A DNA stretch of 64,000 nucleotides from Polyangiaceae bacterium (lineage in GTDB: Bacteria; Myxococcota_A; Polyangia; Polyangiales; Polyangiaceae): assembly GCA_035063585.1 (NCBI GenBank), contig JAPSGB010000019.1:21398-85397 (forward strand), in the 5' to 3' direction. Shown in pieces: positions 28,037 to 36,976 of this stretch. The position numbers were made by a program, and so were the translations under genes. How positions within the stretch are numbered: the first letter of the stretch is position 1; the number at the start of each line of letters is the position of its first letter. The notes beneath the pieces were generated by a model. It saw only the letters and a program-made list of their open reading frames with translations, had not been told where the DNA came from and searched no databases.

Positions 28037-28471
28037 ATGCCCTCCTGTTATCTCCTGGCAGTCGCGGGCGGCTCGTCCGTCGATCAGCACAGCAACAACG
28101 TCACGCTATTTAGCCTGGTCGAGCAGATTGGCGTGCCCCCGGGCGCGCCGCCCCCGCCGGGCGGCGTGATTCTGCTCGAGCTCCACGCCTATTTCGCGCT
28201 CGATCCGGCCGAGCAGGGGCAGAGCTTCGAGCTGCGGTTCGCGATGGTCGCGGCGTCGGGCCTCGAGACGTACAGCGAGGTGAGCACGCACCGAGTGATC
28301 ACCCCGCGTTACCGGACGCGCTCGGTCGGGCTGCCGTTCCCGCCCGTGATGGGCGCCTATGAGCTCCGCGTCGATGTGCGCTCGGTGGGCAGCGCGAGCT
28401 GGCAGCGCGCGAGCACCGCGTGGCCCGTGGTCATCGGGGAGTACACGCCGGAGCCGCGCGTCACGCACTGA
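28037..28471 (+). CDS. Small beta-rich hypothetical protein, probably co-transcribed with sdhCAB
   Basis: 9 bp after the sdhB stop; SVDQHSNNVTLFSLVEQI...GAYELRV. Confidence 0.7.
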   Translation: MPSCYLLAVAGGSSVDQHSNNVTLFSLVEQIGVPPGAPPPPGGVILLELHAYFALDPAEQGQSFELRFAMVAASGLETYSEVSTHRVITPRYRTRSVGLPFPPVMGAYELRVDVRSVGSASWQRASTAWPVVIGEYTPEPRVTH

Positions 28472-28532
28472 CGCGGAGGCGCGCCGCGTCGCGCGAGCGG
28501 ACCGCGCGTCCGCGCGCCGAACCGACCCACCA

Positions 28533-29951
28533 TCACGGACAGGGGCAGCCTGCTTGCCCGACGCAGGAGGTGAGCGCGATCGCGAGCTTCATGGAGGTGC
28601 CGCCGAGGCCGCCGTACTGCGCGATGACGCCCTGGCACACCTGGAAACAGGCGGGGCCCGAGCAGCCAGATTTCGTGAAGCAGCTCAGGATCTCGGGGCA
28701 GCCGAAGTCGCCGACGCACGCGCCCATGTCGCTGAAGCAGCTCTTGCAAGCGCAGGCGCCGCACTCGTTCGTCGCCTGCGCGACGCACTGCTCGATACCT
28801 CCGCTTCCACCCGAGCCCCCTGCTCCGCCGACGCCGCCGGAGCCGCCCGCGCCGCCGCTACCACATGAGCCGCAGCCGAGCGTGGTGACCTCGCTGACGC
28901 AGAGGTCGTCCCACTGGTCGCTGCAACAATAGGCGTCGGAGGCGCACACGCACTTCGCGACCTCCGGGGGATTGCAGGTAGGCGACGCGTGCGCGGTGCA
29001 GCAACTGCGACTGCCCCCGGCGCCGCCCGTGCCGGCGAACCCGCCCGTGCCGGCGAACCCGCCCGTGCCGGCGAACCCGCCCGTGCCGGCGAACCCGCCC
29101 GTGCCGGCGAACCCGCCCGTGCCGGCGAACCCGCCCGTGCCGGCGAACCCACCCGTGCCGCCGCTACCGCCCCATCCGCCGCACTTCTGCGGTGGCGCCA
29201 TGCCGTACTTGGAGAGATCGACGCATCCGAACTGGAACAAGGAGAGGTCATCTCCACAGAGACCGTCCGGGCGACAGCAGCCCGCGAACTCGAGGCCGCC
29301 GACGTTGTAGGCGGGACAGCTCGGCGACGGAGAGCCCGGTTGATGGAGCGGGATGCACGCGCGCGGCACGTTCGCGAGGGACGTGAGCGGGCCCGTGTCA
29401 GCGCCGCATTGGTAAGGCGCTTCCGGCGGGCAACACGCCGGGAGCGACACGCCGAGCGCGCCGACGGTCACCGGATAGCAGGTGGTGCCGCCGCACACGA
29501 CGCCCGTGCCGCCACCCGCGCCGAAGCCGCCCGTGCCGCCACCCGCGCCGAAGCCGCCCGTGCCGCCACCCGCGCCGAAGCCGCCCGTGCCGCCACCCGC
29601 GCCGAAGCCGCCCGTGCCTCCGGAGCACACGCTCTCACAAATCGAGCGGTTGCCGTTCCCGCACATGCAGAGGCTGAAGCAGTCGCCGCAGCCATCGCAG
29701 CGCGGGGGCGTACACGAGCCGCCGCCGAATCCGCCCGTCGCGCCGGTGCCGCCACTGCCGCCGAACGCGCCGGCGCCGCCGCTTCCTCCCGAGCCGGTGC
29801 CGCCCGCGCCGCCGGTGATCCCGCCGTCGTCGCCGCCAGCGCCCGCAAAGCCGGTAAAGTCACCGAACCCATCACTGCCGCTGCGCGCGCCGCACGCGAC
29901 GACCAGCGACGCCGAAGTAATCCAGAGCGCGCGATGCCATCGGTGAGTCAT
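28533..29951 (-). CDS. Gly/Cys-rich repeat lipoprotein
   Basis: Lipobox VVAC; Cys-rich modules separated by GGTGGFGAG and GTGGFA repeats; TAGAAT 7 nt upstream. Confidence 0.85.
   Translation of the reverse strand: MTHRWHRALWITSASLVVACGARSGSDGFGDFTGFAGAGGDDGGITGGAGGTGSGGSGGAGAFGGSGGTGATGGFGGGSCTPPRCDGCGDCFSLCMCGNGNRSICESVCSGGTGGFGAGGGTGGFGAGGGTGGFGAGGGTGGFGAGGGTGVVCGGTTCYPVTVGALGVSLPACCPPEAPYQCGADTGPLTSLANVPRACIPLHQPGSPSPSCPAYNVGGLEFAGCCRPDGLCGDDLSLFQFGCVDLSKYGMAPPQKCGGWGGSGGTGGFAGTGGFAGTGGFAGTGGFAGTGGFAGTGGFAGTGGFAGTGGAGGSRSCCTAHASPTCNPPEVAKCVCASDAYCCSDQWDDLCVSEVTTLGCGSCGSGGAGGSGGVGGAGGSGGSGGIEQCVAQATNECGACACKSCFSDMGACVGDFGCPEILSCFTKSGCSGPACFQVCQGVIAQYGGLGGTSMKLAIALTSCVGQAGCPCP
29023..29160. 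repeat. 18-bp coding tandem repeat, 7 perfect copies plus partial
   Basis: CCGCCCGTGCCGGCGAAC x7 (29023-29148). Confidence 0.95.
29502..29618. repeat. 27-bp coding tandem repeat, 4 copies plus partial
   Basis: GCCCGTGCCGCCACCCGCGCCGAAGCC x4. Confidence 0.93.
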
Positions 29952-30070
29952 CGCGTCGATTCTACGGCAATCGCGAGCACCGAGCCCGTTTGTGGCGTGC
30001 TGCTCAGGCGAGCAGGCACGCGCGCGGGGTGGCGAAGCCGGCGCGCGCGTGGGAACGTCAGCCGCCGCCG

Positions 30071-30739
30071 ATGGATTTCATTCGCATCGAACAGCTCGAG
30101 CTCGAGTGCATCGTCGGCGTGCGGCCGCGCGAGCGTCACCGCAAGCAGCCGGTCCGGCTCGACGTCGTGCTCGGGCTCGATCTCTCCCACGCCGCGCGCA
30201 CCGGCCGGATCACGCTGACCGCCGACTACGATCGCGTGGCGACCGAGGCGACCACGCTGCTCCGTTTCCGCGAGTACCAGCTCATCGAGGCCGCCACCGA
30301 GGAGCTGTCCGCGATGCTCTTCGGGCTTCACCCGCCGCTCGAGTCGGTGGAGCTGACGCTCGAGAAGCCGGCGGCGCTCCGCGGCGTGGCGCGCGGCGCG
30401 TCGGTCCAGGTCGTCCGGCGGCGCAGCGATTTCCCGCGGCGGCGCGTGGCGACCGCGTTCGGCGAGCTCGAGATCCTGCTCGAGACGCACGAGGCCGGCC
30501 TCTATCTGGTCCATGTGGAGCCCGGACGTGAGCTGCCGCGACGCTCGGTCGCGCACCGTGAGCTCGAGTGGGCGGTGTCGGGCGAGCTCTCGCCACCCGT
30601 TGGAGCGCACGGCTCGCCCGTGATTTGGGCGGAGGGGCGCGCCCGCGGGAGCCTCAATTCGGGCGCCGCGCGGGTGACCGTGTTCTCCTGCGTGAGCCCC
30701 CCGCTCACCGGGGCGGAGCTGGCAGGCGTCGTTAGGTAG
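30071..30739 (+). CDS. folB: Dihydroneopterin aldolase with C-terminal cupin-like extension
   Basis: MDFIRIEQL...IVGV..RER..KQ, ADY, LIE, EKPAAL; about 100 extra C-terminal residues. Confidence 0.85.
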   Translation: MDFIRIEQLELECIVGVRPRERHRKQPVRLDVVLGLDLSHAARTGRITLTADYDRVATEATTLLRFREYQLIEAATEELSAMLFGLHPPLESVELTLEKPAALRGVARGASVQVVRRRSDFPRRRVATAFGELEILLETHEAGLYLVHVEPGRELPRRSVAHRELEWAVSGELSPPVGAHGSPVIWAEGRARGSLNSGAARVTVFSCVSPPLTGAELAGVVR

Positions 30740-30831
30740 CGATTTCATTGGGGTTTGTTCCGCGCTTCCCGAACCGCGAAAGCATGGTGAATTGGCGCGC
30801 CGACTCCTCTAGGATCGGAGGCGAGCGAGGA

Positions 30832-31044
30832 ATGGAGTCGGGCTTGGACGAGGAGGGGCGTCTGCTGGGCGACTTGTCGCCGGGCAAGCTGCCCAGCGGA
30901 GCGACGGTGCCCGGCGCGCTGGGCGGCCGCGACACGCTGCCCACCTTCTCCGAGGTCGTCGAGCCGAGGCTGACCGACCGAGCCGAGCGCCCGGGCGACA
31001 CGATCCCGGCGCCGCCACCCTTCGCGCTCGACGACGAGCGCTGA
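30832..31044 (+). CDS. Small acidic hypothetical protein
   Basis: ATG after a GAGG-like RBS; fills the gap to the convergent gene; no motif. Confidence 0.4.
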   Translation: MESGLDEEGRLLGDLSPGKLPSGATVPGALGGRDTLPTFSEVVEPRLTDRAERPGDTIPAPPPFALDDER

Positions 31045-31058
31045 GCGACGCCCGCGCC

Positions 31059-31901
31059 TCACTCGAGCGCGAGCGTCGCGCGATAGACGAGCATGACGTA
31101 GAGAGGCACGTGCCAGCCCTGAAGGCCGTACTCGGGATTGAGGAAGCTCCCACCCGGCTGTCCCACGACCTGCGCGAGCACGAGATCCGAGTCGTGGTGC
31201 TTCGGACGAACCAGCCCCGGACGTGTCATGAACACGAGCCCGGCGTGAAGCTCGTCGTGCCGTCCGCCGTCCTTCGGCACGTTCATGTAGCGCACGAGCG
31301 GGCCCACCGCGCCGAACGAGCGGTGGCGATAGAGGAGCACGGTCTCCTCCTTGGTGAGCCAGCCACCGCCGTGGATGTCGGCGTGGTACCAGTCGAAGGT
31401 GTCGGCTCGCCGGTCCTCGAAGCGACGGGTGAGCGTGCTGAGCAGGAAGAAGGAGTCGAGCGGGAGCGCGAGCCGCACGCGCCCCTCGGCGTAGCCGAAG
31501 CCCATGGTGTCCATCTCACCCGCGCTCTCGCGCTCGCTCCGAGCCTCGTAGCTCCGCGGCTGCCCCGCGTCGAAGTCGAGGTTCCGATACACCCAGCGAT
31601 ACCCCGCGCTCGCGCCGACGGTGAGCACGGCAACCCGCGCGTCGAGGTTCATGCTGCCATCGGCGTACGGCAAGCTGATGAGGCCGGCCGCGCGGGTCGA
31701 CAACTGGCTCATGCCAGGCTCGAGGTCCGCGCGGTTCTCCAGCCCGAGCTGGGTGCCCACCGTGAAGGCGTCGAGGTGGGCGTAGTTGCCGGGGCGCGCT
31801 GGCGCGAGGAAGCCGTCGCGAGGGGGCGTGGCGTGCGCCGGGCGCGCCGCTCCACCGAGTAGAGCGCACACCACTAGCGACCCGGCCCATCCTCCTCGCA
31901 T
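31059..31901 (-). CDS. Exported protein, possible outer-membrane beta-barrel
   Basis: Signal peptide ending AHA; alternating-pattern strands; TAACCT 6 nt upstream. Confidence 0.7.
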   Translation of the reverse strand: MRGGWAGSLVVCALLGGAARPAHATPPRDGFLAPARPGNYAHLDAFTVGTQLGLENRADLEPGMSQLSTRAAGLISLPYADGSMNLDARVAVLTVGASAGYRWVYRNLDFDAGQPRSYEARSERESAGEMDTMGFGYAEGRVRLALPLDSFFLLSTLTRRFEDRRADTFDWYHADIHGGGWLTKEETVLLYRHRSFGAVGPLVRYMNVPKDGGRHDELHAGLVFMTRPGLVRPKHHDSDLVLAQVVGQPGGSFLNPEYGLQGWHVPLYVMLVYRATLALE

Positions 31902-32581
31902 GGCTCGAGGTTAGCCGATGACGGGCGCGGCGCGAATCCCTCTCGTTGCATCACTCGCAGGTTCACGAGGAGCGCCCCGCCGCCGCCGAGCCCAACCGGC
32001 TCCAAGCGCTCGGGCAAGACGTGGCGCGTCCGCCAGAGGTAGCGGAAAATCGCGTCCGCGTGCGCCTGCGAGCGCGCGAGCGTGGCGCGCGTGGGCGGCG
32101 CACCGCCCTCCCCTCGGACCTCGACGCGCACGAGTTGAAGCGACCGATCGCGCGCCATGAGCGCGGCCACCGCGTCGAGGAGCGCGCGAACCCGAGGCGA
32201 CGGGAGCCGCTGCAAGGGGTGAACCTCGATGGGCTCGCGGGTCCGGATGAGGAGCCCCGCCGGGTCGAGCCAGGCGAGCGCGGACGGGCGGGGCGGGCAT
32301 GCTCGAAGGGCGGGTCCGGGGGGTTGTCGGTCCGGCGCGGCTCCGAGCGGGTCCGCGTCCACCGCTGACGGCGCCGGCGCCGGCTCGCGCTCGCGCTCGG
32401 TCGCGCTCCCGAGCGCGAGCGCGACCGGGAGCGCGGCCGGGTCCGCCGGCACCGTGACGCGCGCGGCGCAGCCCGGGCTCGCGAGCGCAAAGAGCGCCAC
32501 GAGCCCGCGCAAACGGGTCTGGAGCGCGGGGATCTTCGAGGCTATCATCCGCTCTCTCGAATCTTCACCGGCCGCGATCAC
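31874..32581 (-). CDS. Lipoprotein with degenerate OmpA C-like domain; start uncertain
   Basis: Lipobox ASPGC; LLDAVAALM...VRVEV...SQAHADAIFRYL...ERLEPVGLG. Confidence 0.55.
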   Translation of the reverse strand: MIAAGEDSRERMIASKIPALQTRLRGLVALFALASPGCAARVTVPADPAALPVALALGSATEREREPAPAPSAVDADPLGAAPDRQPPGPALRACPPRPSALAWLDPAGLLIRTREPIEVHPLQRLPSPRVRALLDAVAALMARDRSLQLVRVEVRGEGGAPPTRATLARSQAHADAIFRYLWRTRHVLPERLEPVGLGGGGALLVNLRVMQREGFAPRPSSANLEPCEEDGPGR

Positions 32582-32618
32582 GTGAGCCCCTCGCGCGATC
32601 TTACCGTCAGAGGTCCCG

Positions 32619-33515
32619 ATGCCGACCCATCAATCGAACCGCCCCTCTGCGCGCGCCATGGCGCGCTTGCTGCTCGGCGCCGTCGCGCTCCTGGTCTTGT
32701 CGTTCGCGACCACGGCGCTCGCCGCCGGGCGAACGCAGTGGACGAACACGCACCCGAAGGAGCGTGAGGACGAGAGCTGGCGGCTCGAGGTGGCCATCTT
32801 CTTCACGAAAGCGCCGGACGTGCCCAGCGTCCCGATGAAGTTCGAGTTCAAGCCGACCATGTACTACGCGCGCGACATGATGGACGGCGACAAGATCGTC
32901 ACCCGCAAGGTCCCGCGAGAGAACGAGCAGGATATCATCGAAGGGGTGGACGTCGGCTTCCTCGACCCGTCGAACGGTAAGATTCAGCCGCGCACCAAGT
33001 TCTCGTTCAAGGTTACTCGCGCGCACGGCTTCGAGGCGGGCGAGTACAAGGTCTCGATCCGCGACACGCGCAACGGCCAGATCATCGGGACGCCCATCAC
33101 GCTCTACCTCGAGGGCGAGAACAAGGTCGTGGATCGCCGCACCATGGATTTTTCCGCGAGCGGCGGCACCAAGAAGAAGGAAGACATGAAGCGGGTCGAC
33201 CGCGACGGCGACATCAAGGACGACCCGAACGCGAAGCAGGCCCAGAAGCCCGCCGCGAGCGACGACGCTTCGGGCGCGGAGCCCGCTGACGACGGCGCCG
33301 CCGCGGGCGAGGAGAGCGCGGCGCCCGCCGCGAGCGACGACAGCGAGCCCGACGGCGACAACGGCGCAGAGGGCGGCCCGCGACCCATCAAGGAGAAGCC
33401 GGGCTGCAGCTGCCGGCTCGAGGACGCCGGCGAGCCGGCGAGCCCACTCGCGTGGCTCACGCCGCTCGGGCTGATCGCCGCGCTCGGGCTGCGCCGGCGG
33501 CGGCGCGCAGCCTGA
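32619..33515 (+). CDS. MYXO-CTERM surface protein
   Basis: Signal peptide; acidic linker; C-terminal GCSC...hydrophobic stretch...RRRRR. Confidence 0.88.
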   Translation: MPTHQSNRPSARAMARLLLGAVALLVLSFATTALAAGRTQWTNTHPKEREDESWRLEVAIFFTKAPDVPSVPMKFEFKPTMYYARDMMDGDKIVTRKVPRENEQDIIEGVDVGFLDPSNGKIQPRTKFSFKVTRAHGFEAGEYKVSIRDTRNGQIIGTPITLYLEGENKVVDRRTMDFSASGGTKKKEDMKRVDRDGDIKDDPNAKQAQKPAASDDASGAEPADDGAAAGEESAAPAASDDSEPDGDNGAEGGPRPIKEKPGCSCRLEDAGEPASPLAWLTPLGLIAALGLRRRRRAA

Positions 33516-33567
33516 GCTGCCGCGCGCGGGCGAGCCGCGTGGTTCCGCGCCGGGCCGACAGCCCCCT

Positions 33568-34728
33568 TCAAGCGCGAGCGCGCACGTGCTCCCGGAGCGC
33601 GGCGACCCCGGACGCGAAGATGTCCGGCGGCGTCGCGAGGCTCACCACGACGATGGGCTCGTCCGGAAAGTCGTAGAACCAGCCGGGCTGTACGAGCACC
33701 GCTCGCTCCTCGAGGAGCGAGAGCACCCACGTCTCCTCACTGAGCACGCGCGGCAGACGCACGCAGGCCGACCAACCTCCTTCCAAGTGGAGCACGCTCG
33801 CGGCAGAGCCGGAGAGCTCGGCGCAGAGCCGCGCGTGGTTCCCCCGCGCGCGCTCGAGGAGCGCCTCCGCGGCCACGCGGCGCGAGGCGAGGAGGCGCGG
33901 GAGCGCGAGCTGCACCGGCGTCGCCACCGACAAGAAGGTGTCCAGGATGAGCTCGAGGCGCTCGAGCGCCTCGGCGACGAGCGCGTCCGGGCCGCCGACA
34001 CCGAGCCACGCGAGCTTGAGCTGCGGGAGCGCGGCGAGCTTGCTGAGCCCACCGAGCGCGAAGATGAGCGCGCCCTCGGCCTCGAGCGCGCTCTTCGGGC
34101 GAGCGCGGTCCGGGGTGAGCGAGTAGCTCGCGAACACCTCGTCCGCGATGATGGGGAGCCCGAGCTCGGCGAGGCGCGTGAGCTCGACCCGGCTGAGGTA
34201 GGAGCCGGTGGGGTTGTTCGGGCTCACCACCACGACCGCCCGGGTGCGCTCGCTCCGCGCGCGCTCGAGCGAGGCGAGGTCGAGATGCCACGCGCCGTCG
34301 TAGGCGAGGCGATAGGGTACCAGCCGCACGCCCTCGAGGCGCGCGAGGTGCTCGAAGAGCGGGTAGCTCGGCTCTGGAGCGAGCACCTCATCGCCCGCGT
34401 CGCAGAGCAGCTTGAAGAGATGCGCGTAGGCCTCGCTGGTGCTCGCGGTGAGCACCACGCGCTCGGGTGAAATCACGATCCCGGACTCCGCCCACCAGCT
34501 CGCGACCGCGGCGCGCGCGGAGCCGAGGCCGAACGGCGCCGGAGCGTAGTCGAGCGCGGCCGGATCGGCGAGCGCGCCTAGGATCTCGTCGCGCGCGTAA
34601 GGGAGGCCGACGCGGGTCGGGTTCGACACGGTGAGGTCGAGGAGCCTCGCTCCGACCTCGCGCCGACGGCCGAGCGCGCGAGCGAGCGCGTTCGGCTCGC
34701 GAAGGATCCCGGTCCGCTCGGAGAACAT
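33568..34728 (-). CDS. PLP-dependent aminotransferase class I/II
   Basis: PSYPLF, SPNNPTG, IADEVF, GGLSK. Confidence 0.92.
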   Translation of the reverse strand: MFSERTGILREPNALARALGRRREVGARLLDLTVSNPTRVGLPYARDEILGALADPAALDYAPAPFGLGSARAAVASWWAESGIVISPERVVLTASTSEAYAHLFKLLCDAGDEVLAPEPSYPLFEHLARLEGVRLVPYRLAYDGAWHLDLASLERARSERTRAVVVVSPNNPTGSYLSRVELTRLAELGLPIIADEVFASYSLTPDRARPKSALEAEGALIFALGGLSKLAALPQLKLAWLGVGGPDALVAEALERLELILDTFLSVATPVQLALPRLLASRRVAAEALLERARGNHARLCAELSGSAASVLHLEGGWSACVRLPRVLSEETWVLSLLEERAVLVQPGWFYDFPDEPIVVVSLATPPDIFASGVAALREHVRARA

Positions 34729-34809
34729 GCCGCGGGATTCTTGGCGGGTTTCTCCCGCGAGGCTAAGGAATTGCGCGCGGCGCCGCCGGCCCGAAGTTAC
34801 CCTCGCCCC

Positions 34810-36030
34810 ATGACGGCACCGAGGCAGCCCTTCGGAGACCGCGAGGCGACCTTCGCCGCCTTCGCCGAGCACGTCTCACCCGGCAAGGTGGAGACCTTTC
34901 GCGAGTACGGGATCGACGTGGTGATGGGCGCGCGGGAGGGCGCGCGCTTCACGGACGCCTTCAGCGCCCAGAGCTTCTACAACTGCCACTCGAACGGCGG
35001 GGTGTTCAACCTCGGGCACCGAAACCCCCGCGTGGTCGCCGCGGTGCGCGGGGCGCTCGACACCCTGGACATCGGAAACCACCACCTCGTCTCCGGCTAT
35101 CGCGCCGCGCTCGCAGAGCGGCTCTCGCGGACCACCGGGGACGCGCTGCCCGGGGTGGTGTTCGGCGTCAGCGGCGGCGAGGCGGTCGATCTCGCGCTCA
35201 AGGTGGCGCGCGCGGGGACCGGGCGACCCGGGATCATCTCCGCCGTCGGCGGCTACCACGGGCACACCGGGCTAGCGCTCGCCGCCGGTGACGCCGAATA
35301 TCGCGCGCCGTTCGGGCCCAATCTGCCCGGCTTCTCGCAGGTGCCCTTCGACGACCTCGATGCGCTCGAGCGCGCGCTCGACGAGCAGACCGCCGCGGTC
35401 ATCCTCGAGTCCATCCCCGCGACGCTCGGCATGCGGCTCCCGTCGCCCGGCTATCTTGCGGGAGTCCAGCGCCTCTGCCGCGAGCGCGGCGCGAAGCTCA
35501 TCCTCGACGAGGTGCAGGCGGGCCTCGGCCGCACCGGACGGATGTGGTGTTTCGAGCACGACGAGCTCTCGCCCGACGTGGTCGTCACCGGCAAGGGCCT
35601 GAGCGGTGGGCTCTACCCGATCACTGCGACCTTGATGACCCGGGAGCTCCACAGCATCTTTCATGCTCATCCTTTCATCCACATCTCCACCTTCGGCGGC
35701 GCGGAGCTCGGCTGCGTCGCAGCGCTCTGCGTGCTCGACATCACCGAGGAGCCCGGCTTCCTCGAGCGGGTGAGAGAGCTCTCGGAGCGCTTCGCGCGCG
35801 GGCTCGAGGGTCTGCCGTTCACGCTGCGACGGAGGGGTCTCATGATGGGGTTCGCGTTCGAAGCGGAGCTTGGAGGGATGCTCGCGGCAAGACTGCTCTA
35901 CGACGCGGGGGTGTTCGCCGTGTACGCGAACCATGATCGTTCGGTGCTCCAGTTCCTGCCGCCGCTCACCTTGACCGACGACGAGGCGGACGACTTGCTC
36001 GGGCGAGTGCGGAGGGCGTTTGGACGATGA
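34810..36030 (+). CDS. PLP-dependent class III aminotransferase
   Basis: NLGHRN, SGGEAV, YHG, LDEVQAGLGRTG, GKGLSGG, STFGG. Confidence 0.93.
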   Translation: MTAPRQPFGDREATFAAFAEHVSPGKVETFREYGIDVVMGAREGARFTDAFSAQSFYNCHSNGGVFNLGHRNPRVVAAVRGALDTLDIGNHHLVSGYRAALAERLSRTTGDALPGVVFGVSGGEAVDLALKVARAGTGRPGIISAVGGYHGHTGLALAAGDAEYRAPFGPNLPGFSQVPFDDLDALERALDEQTAAVILESIPATLGMRLPSPGYLAGVQRLCRERGAKLILDEVQAGLGRTGRMWCFEHDELSPDVVVTGKGLSGGLYPITATLMTRELHSIFHAHPFIHISTFGGAELGCVAALCVLDITEEPGFLERVRELSERFARGLEGLPFTLRRRGLMMGFAFEAELGGMLAARLLYDAGVFAVYANHDRSVLQFLPPLTLTDDEADDLLGRVRRAFGR

Positions 36031-36920
36031 CGGTCACGGACGCCGAACTCGCGCGCCTGGAGGCTGCCGTCGAGCGCGCGCTCGAGACGGGCGACCTCGG
36101 CCGGCTCACGGTGCTCGGCTACGGTGAGATCTCGACCGTGCTCGCGCTCGACACGGCGGGCGGCCGCTACGCGGCGAAGCGGCTGCCGCGCTTCGCGAGC
36201 CAGGAGGCGTTCGACGCCTACGGCGCAGTCCTCCAGGAGTACGTCGCTACGCTCGACCACGCGGGGATCCGCGTGGTGCCGACCTCGCTCCGCTCGCTCG
36301 CGCGCGCGGACGGGAGCCTCACGGCCTACTGCGTGCAGCCCGCGCTCGCGCCCGACTCCCTCGCCCCCCGCTGGCTCGAGCGCGCGAGCGACGCCGAGGG
36401 CGCGCGCCTCCTCGGCGTCATCGTCGACCGCATCGCAGGAGCGGTGAGCCCGCGCGTCGGGCTCGACGGTCAGCTCAGCAACTGGGTCACGAACGACGGC
36501 GACGAACCGAGCTACCTCGACGTGAGCACGCCGCTCCTGCGTGACGCACGCGGCCGCGAGCGGCTCGACGTGGGGCTGTTCATCGCCTCGCTTCCGTGGG
36601 CGCTCCGCGGGGCCGCCAGGCGCTTTCTCCTCCAAGGGATCATCGACAAGTACTACGCGCCGCGCGGCGTGCTGCTCGACCTGGCCGGCAACCTCGTGAA
36701 GGACGGGCAAGGGCGCTTCATCGAGCCACTCCTCGAGCACGCGAACCGCTTCGTGACTCCCGCGCTCACCGCGGACGAGGCGCACCGATACTACGCGAGC
36801 GACGCCAAGTCGTGGGCGCTCCTCCAGCGCCTCCGCCGCGCGGATCGCGCCTGGCAGCGGCACGTGCGCGGCCGCTCGTACGGCTATCTGCTCCCGGGCA
36901 AGATCGAGCGGCGCACCTGA
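36027..36920 (+). CDS. Atypical kinase-fold protein (resembles DUF6206, from memory)
   Basis: LGYGEIS Gly loop, AAKRLP, GLDGQLSNW, YLDVS; ATGA overlap with the aminotransferase. Confidence 0.75.
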   Translation: MTVTDAELARLEAAVERALETGDLGRLTVLGYGEISTVLALDTAGGRYAAKRLPRFASQEAFDAYGAVLQEYVATLDHAGIRVVPTSLRSLARADGSLTAYCVQPALAPDSLAPRWLERASDAEGARLLGVIVDRIAGAVSPRVGLDGQLSNWVTNDGDEPSYLDVSTPLLRDARGRERLDVGLFIASLPWALRGAARRFLLQGIIDKYYAPRGVLLDLAGNLVKDGQGRFIEPLLEHANRFVTPALTADEAHRYYASDAKSWALLQRLRRADRAWQRHVRGRSYGYLLPGKIERRT

Positions 36921-36976
36921 GACGCGCCGCGCACGACGGGTTTTGCTCGGAGTCCCCGCGGGTTAGCATCCCGCGT

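Noticed and set aside
29023..29618. Repeat arrays as possible CRISPR
   Set aside because: Head-to-tail units with no spacers, in frame within a lipoprotein gene, and no cas genes; likewise 46076-46285 and 63880-64000.
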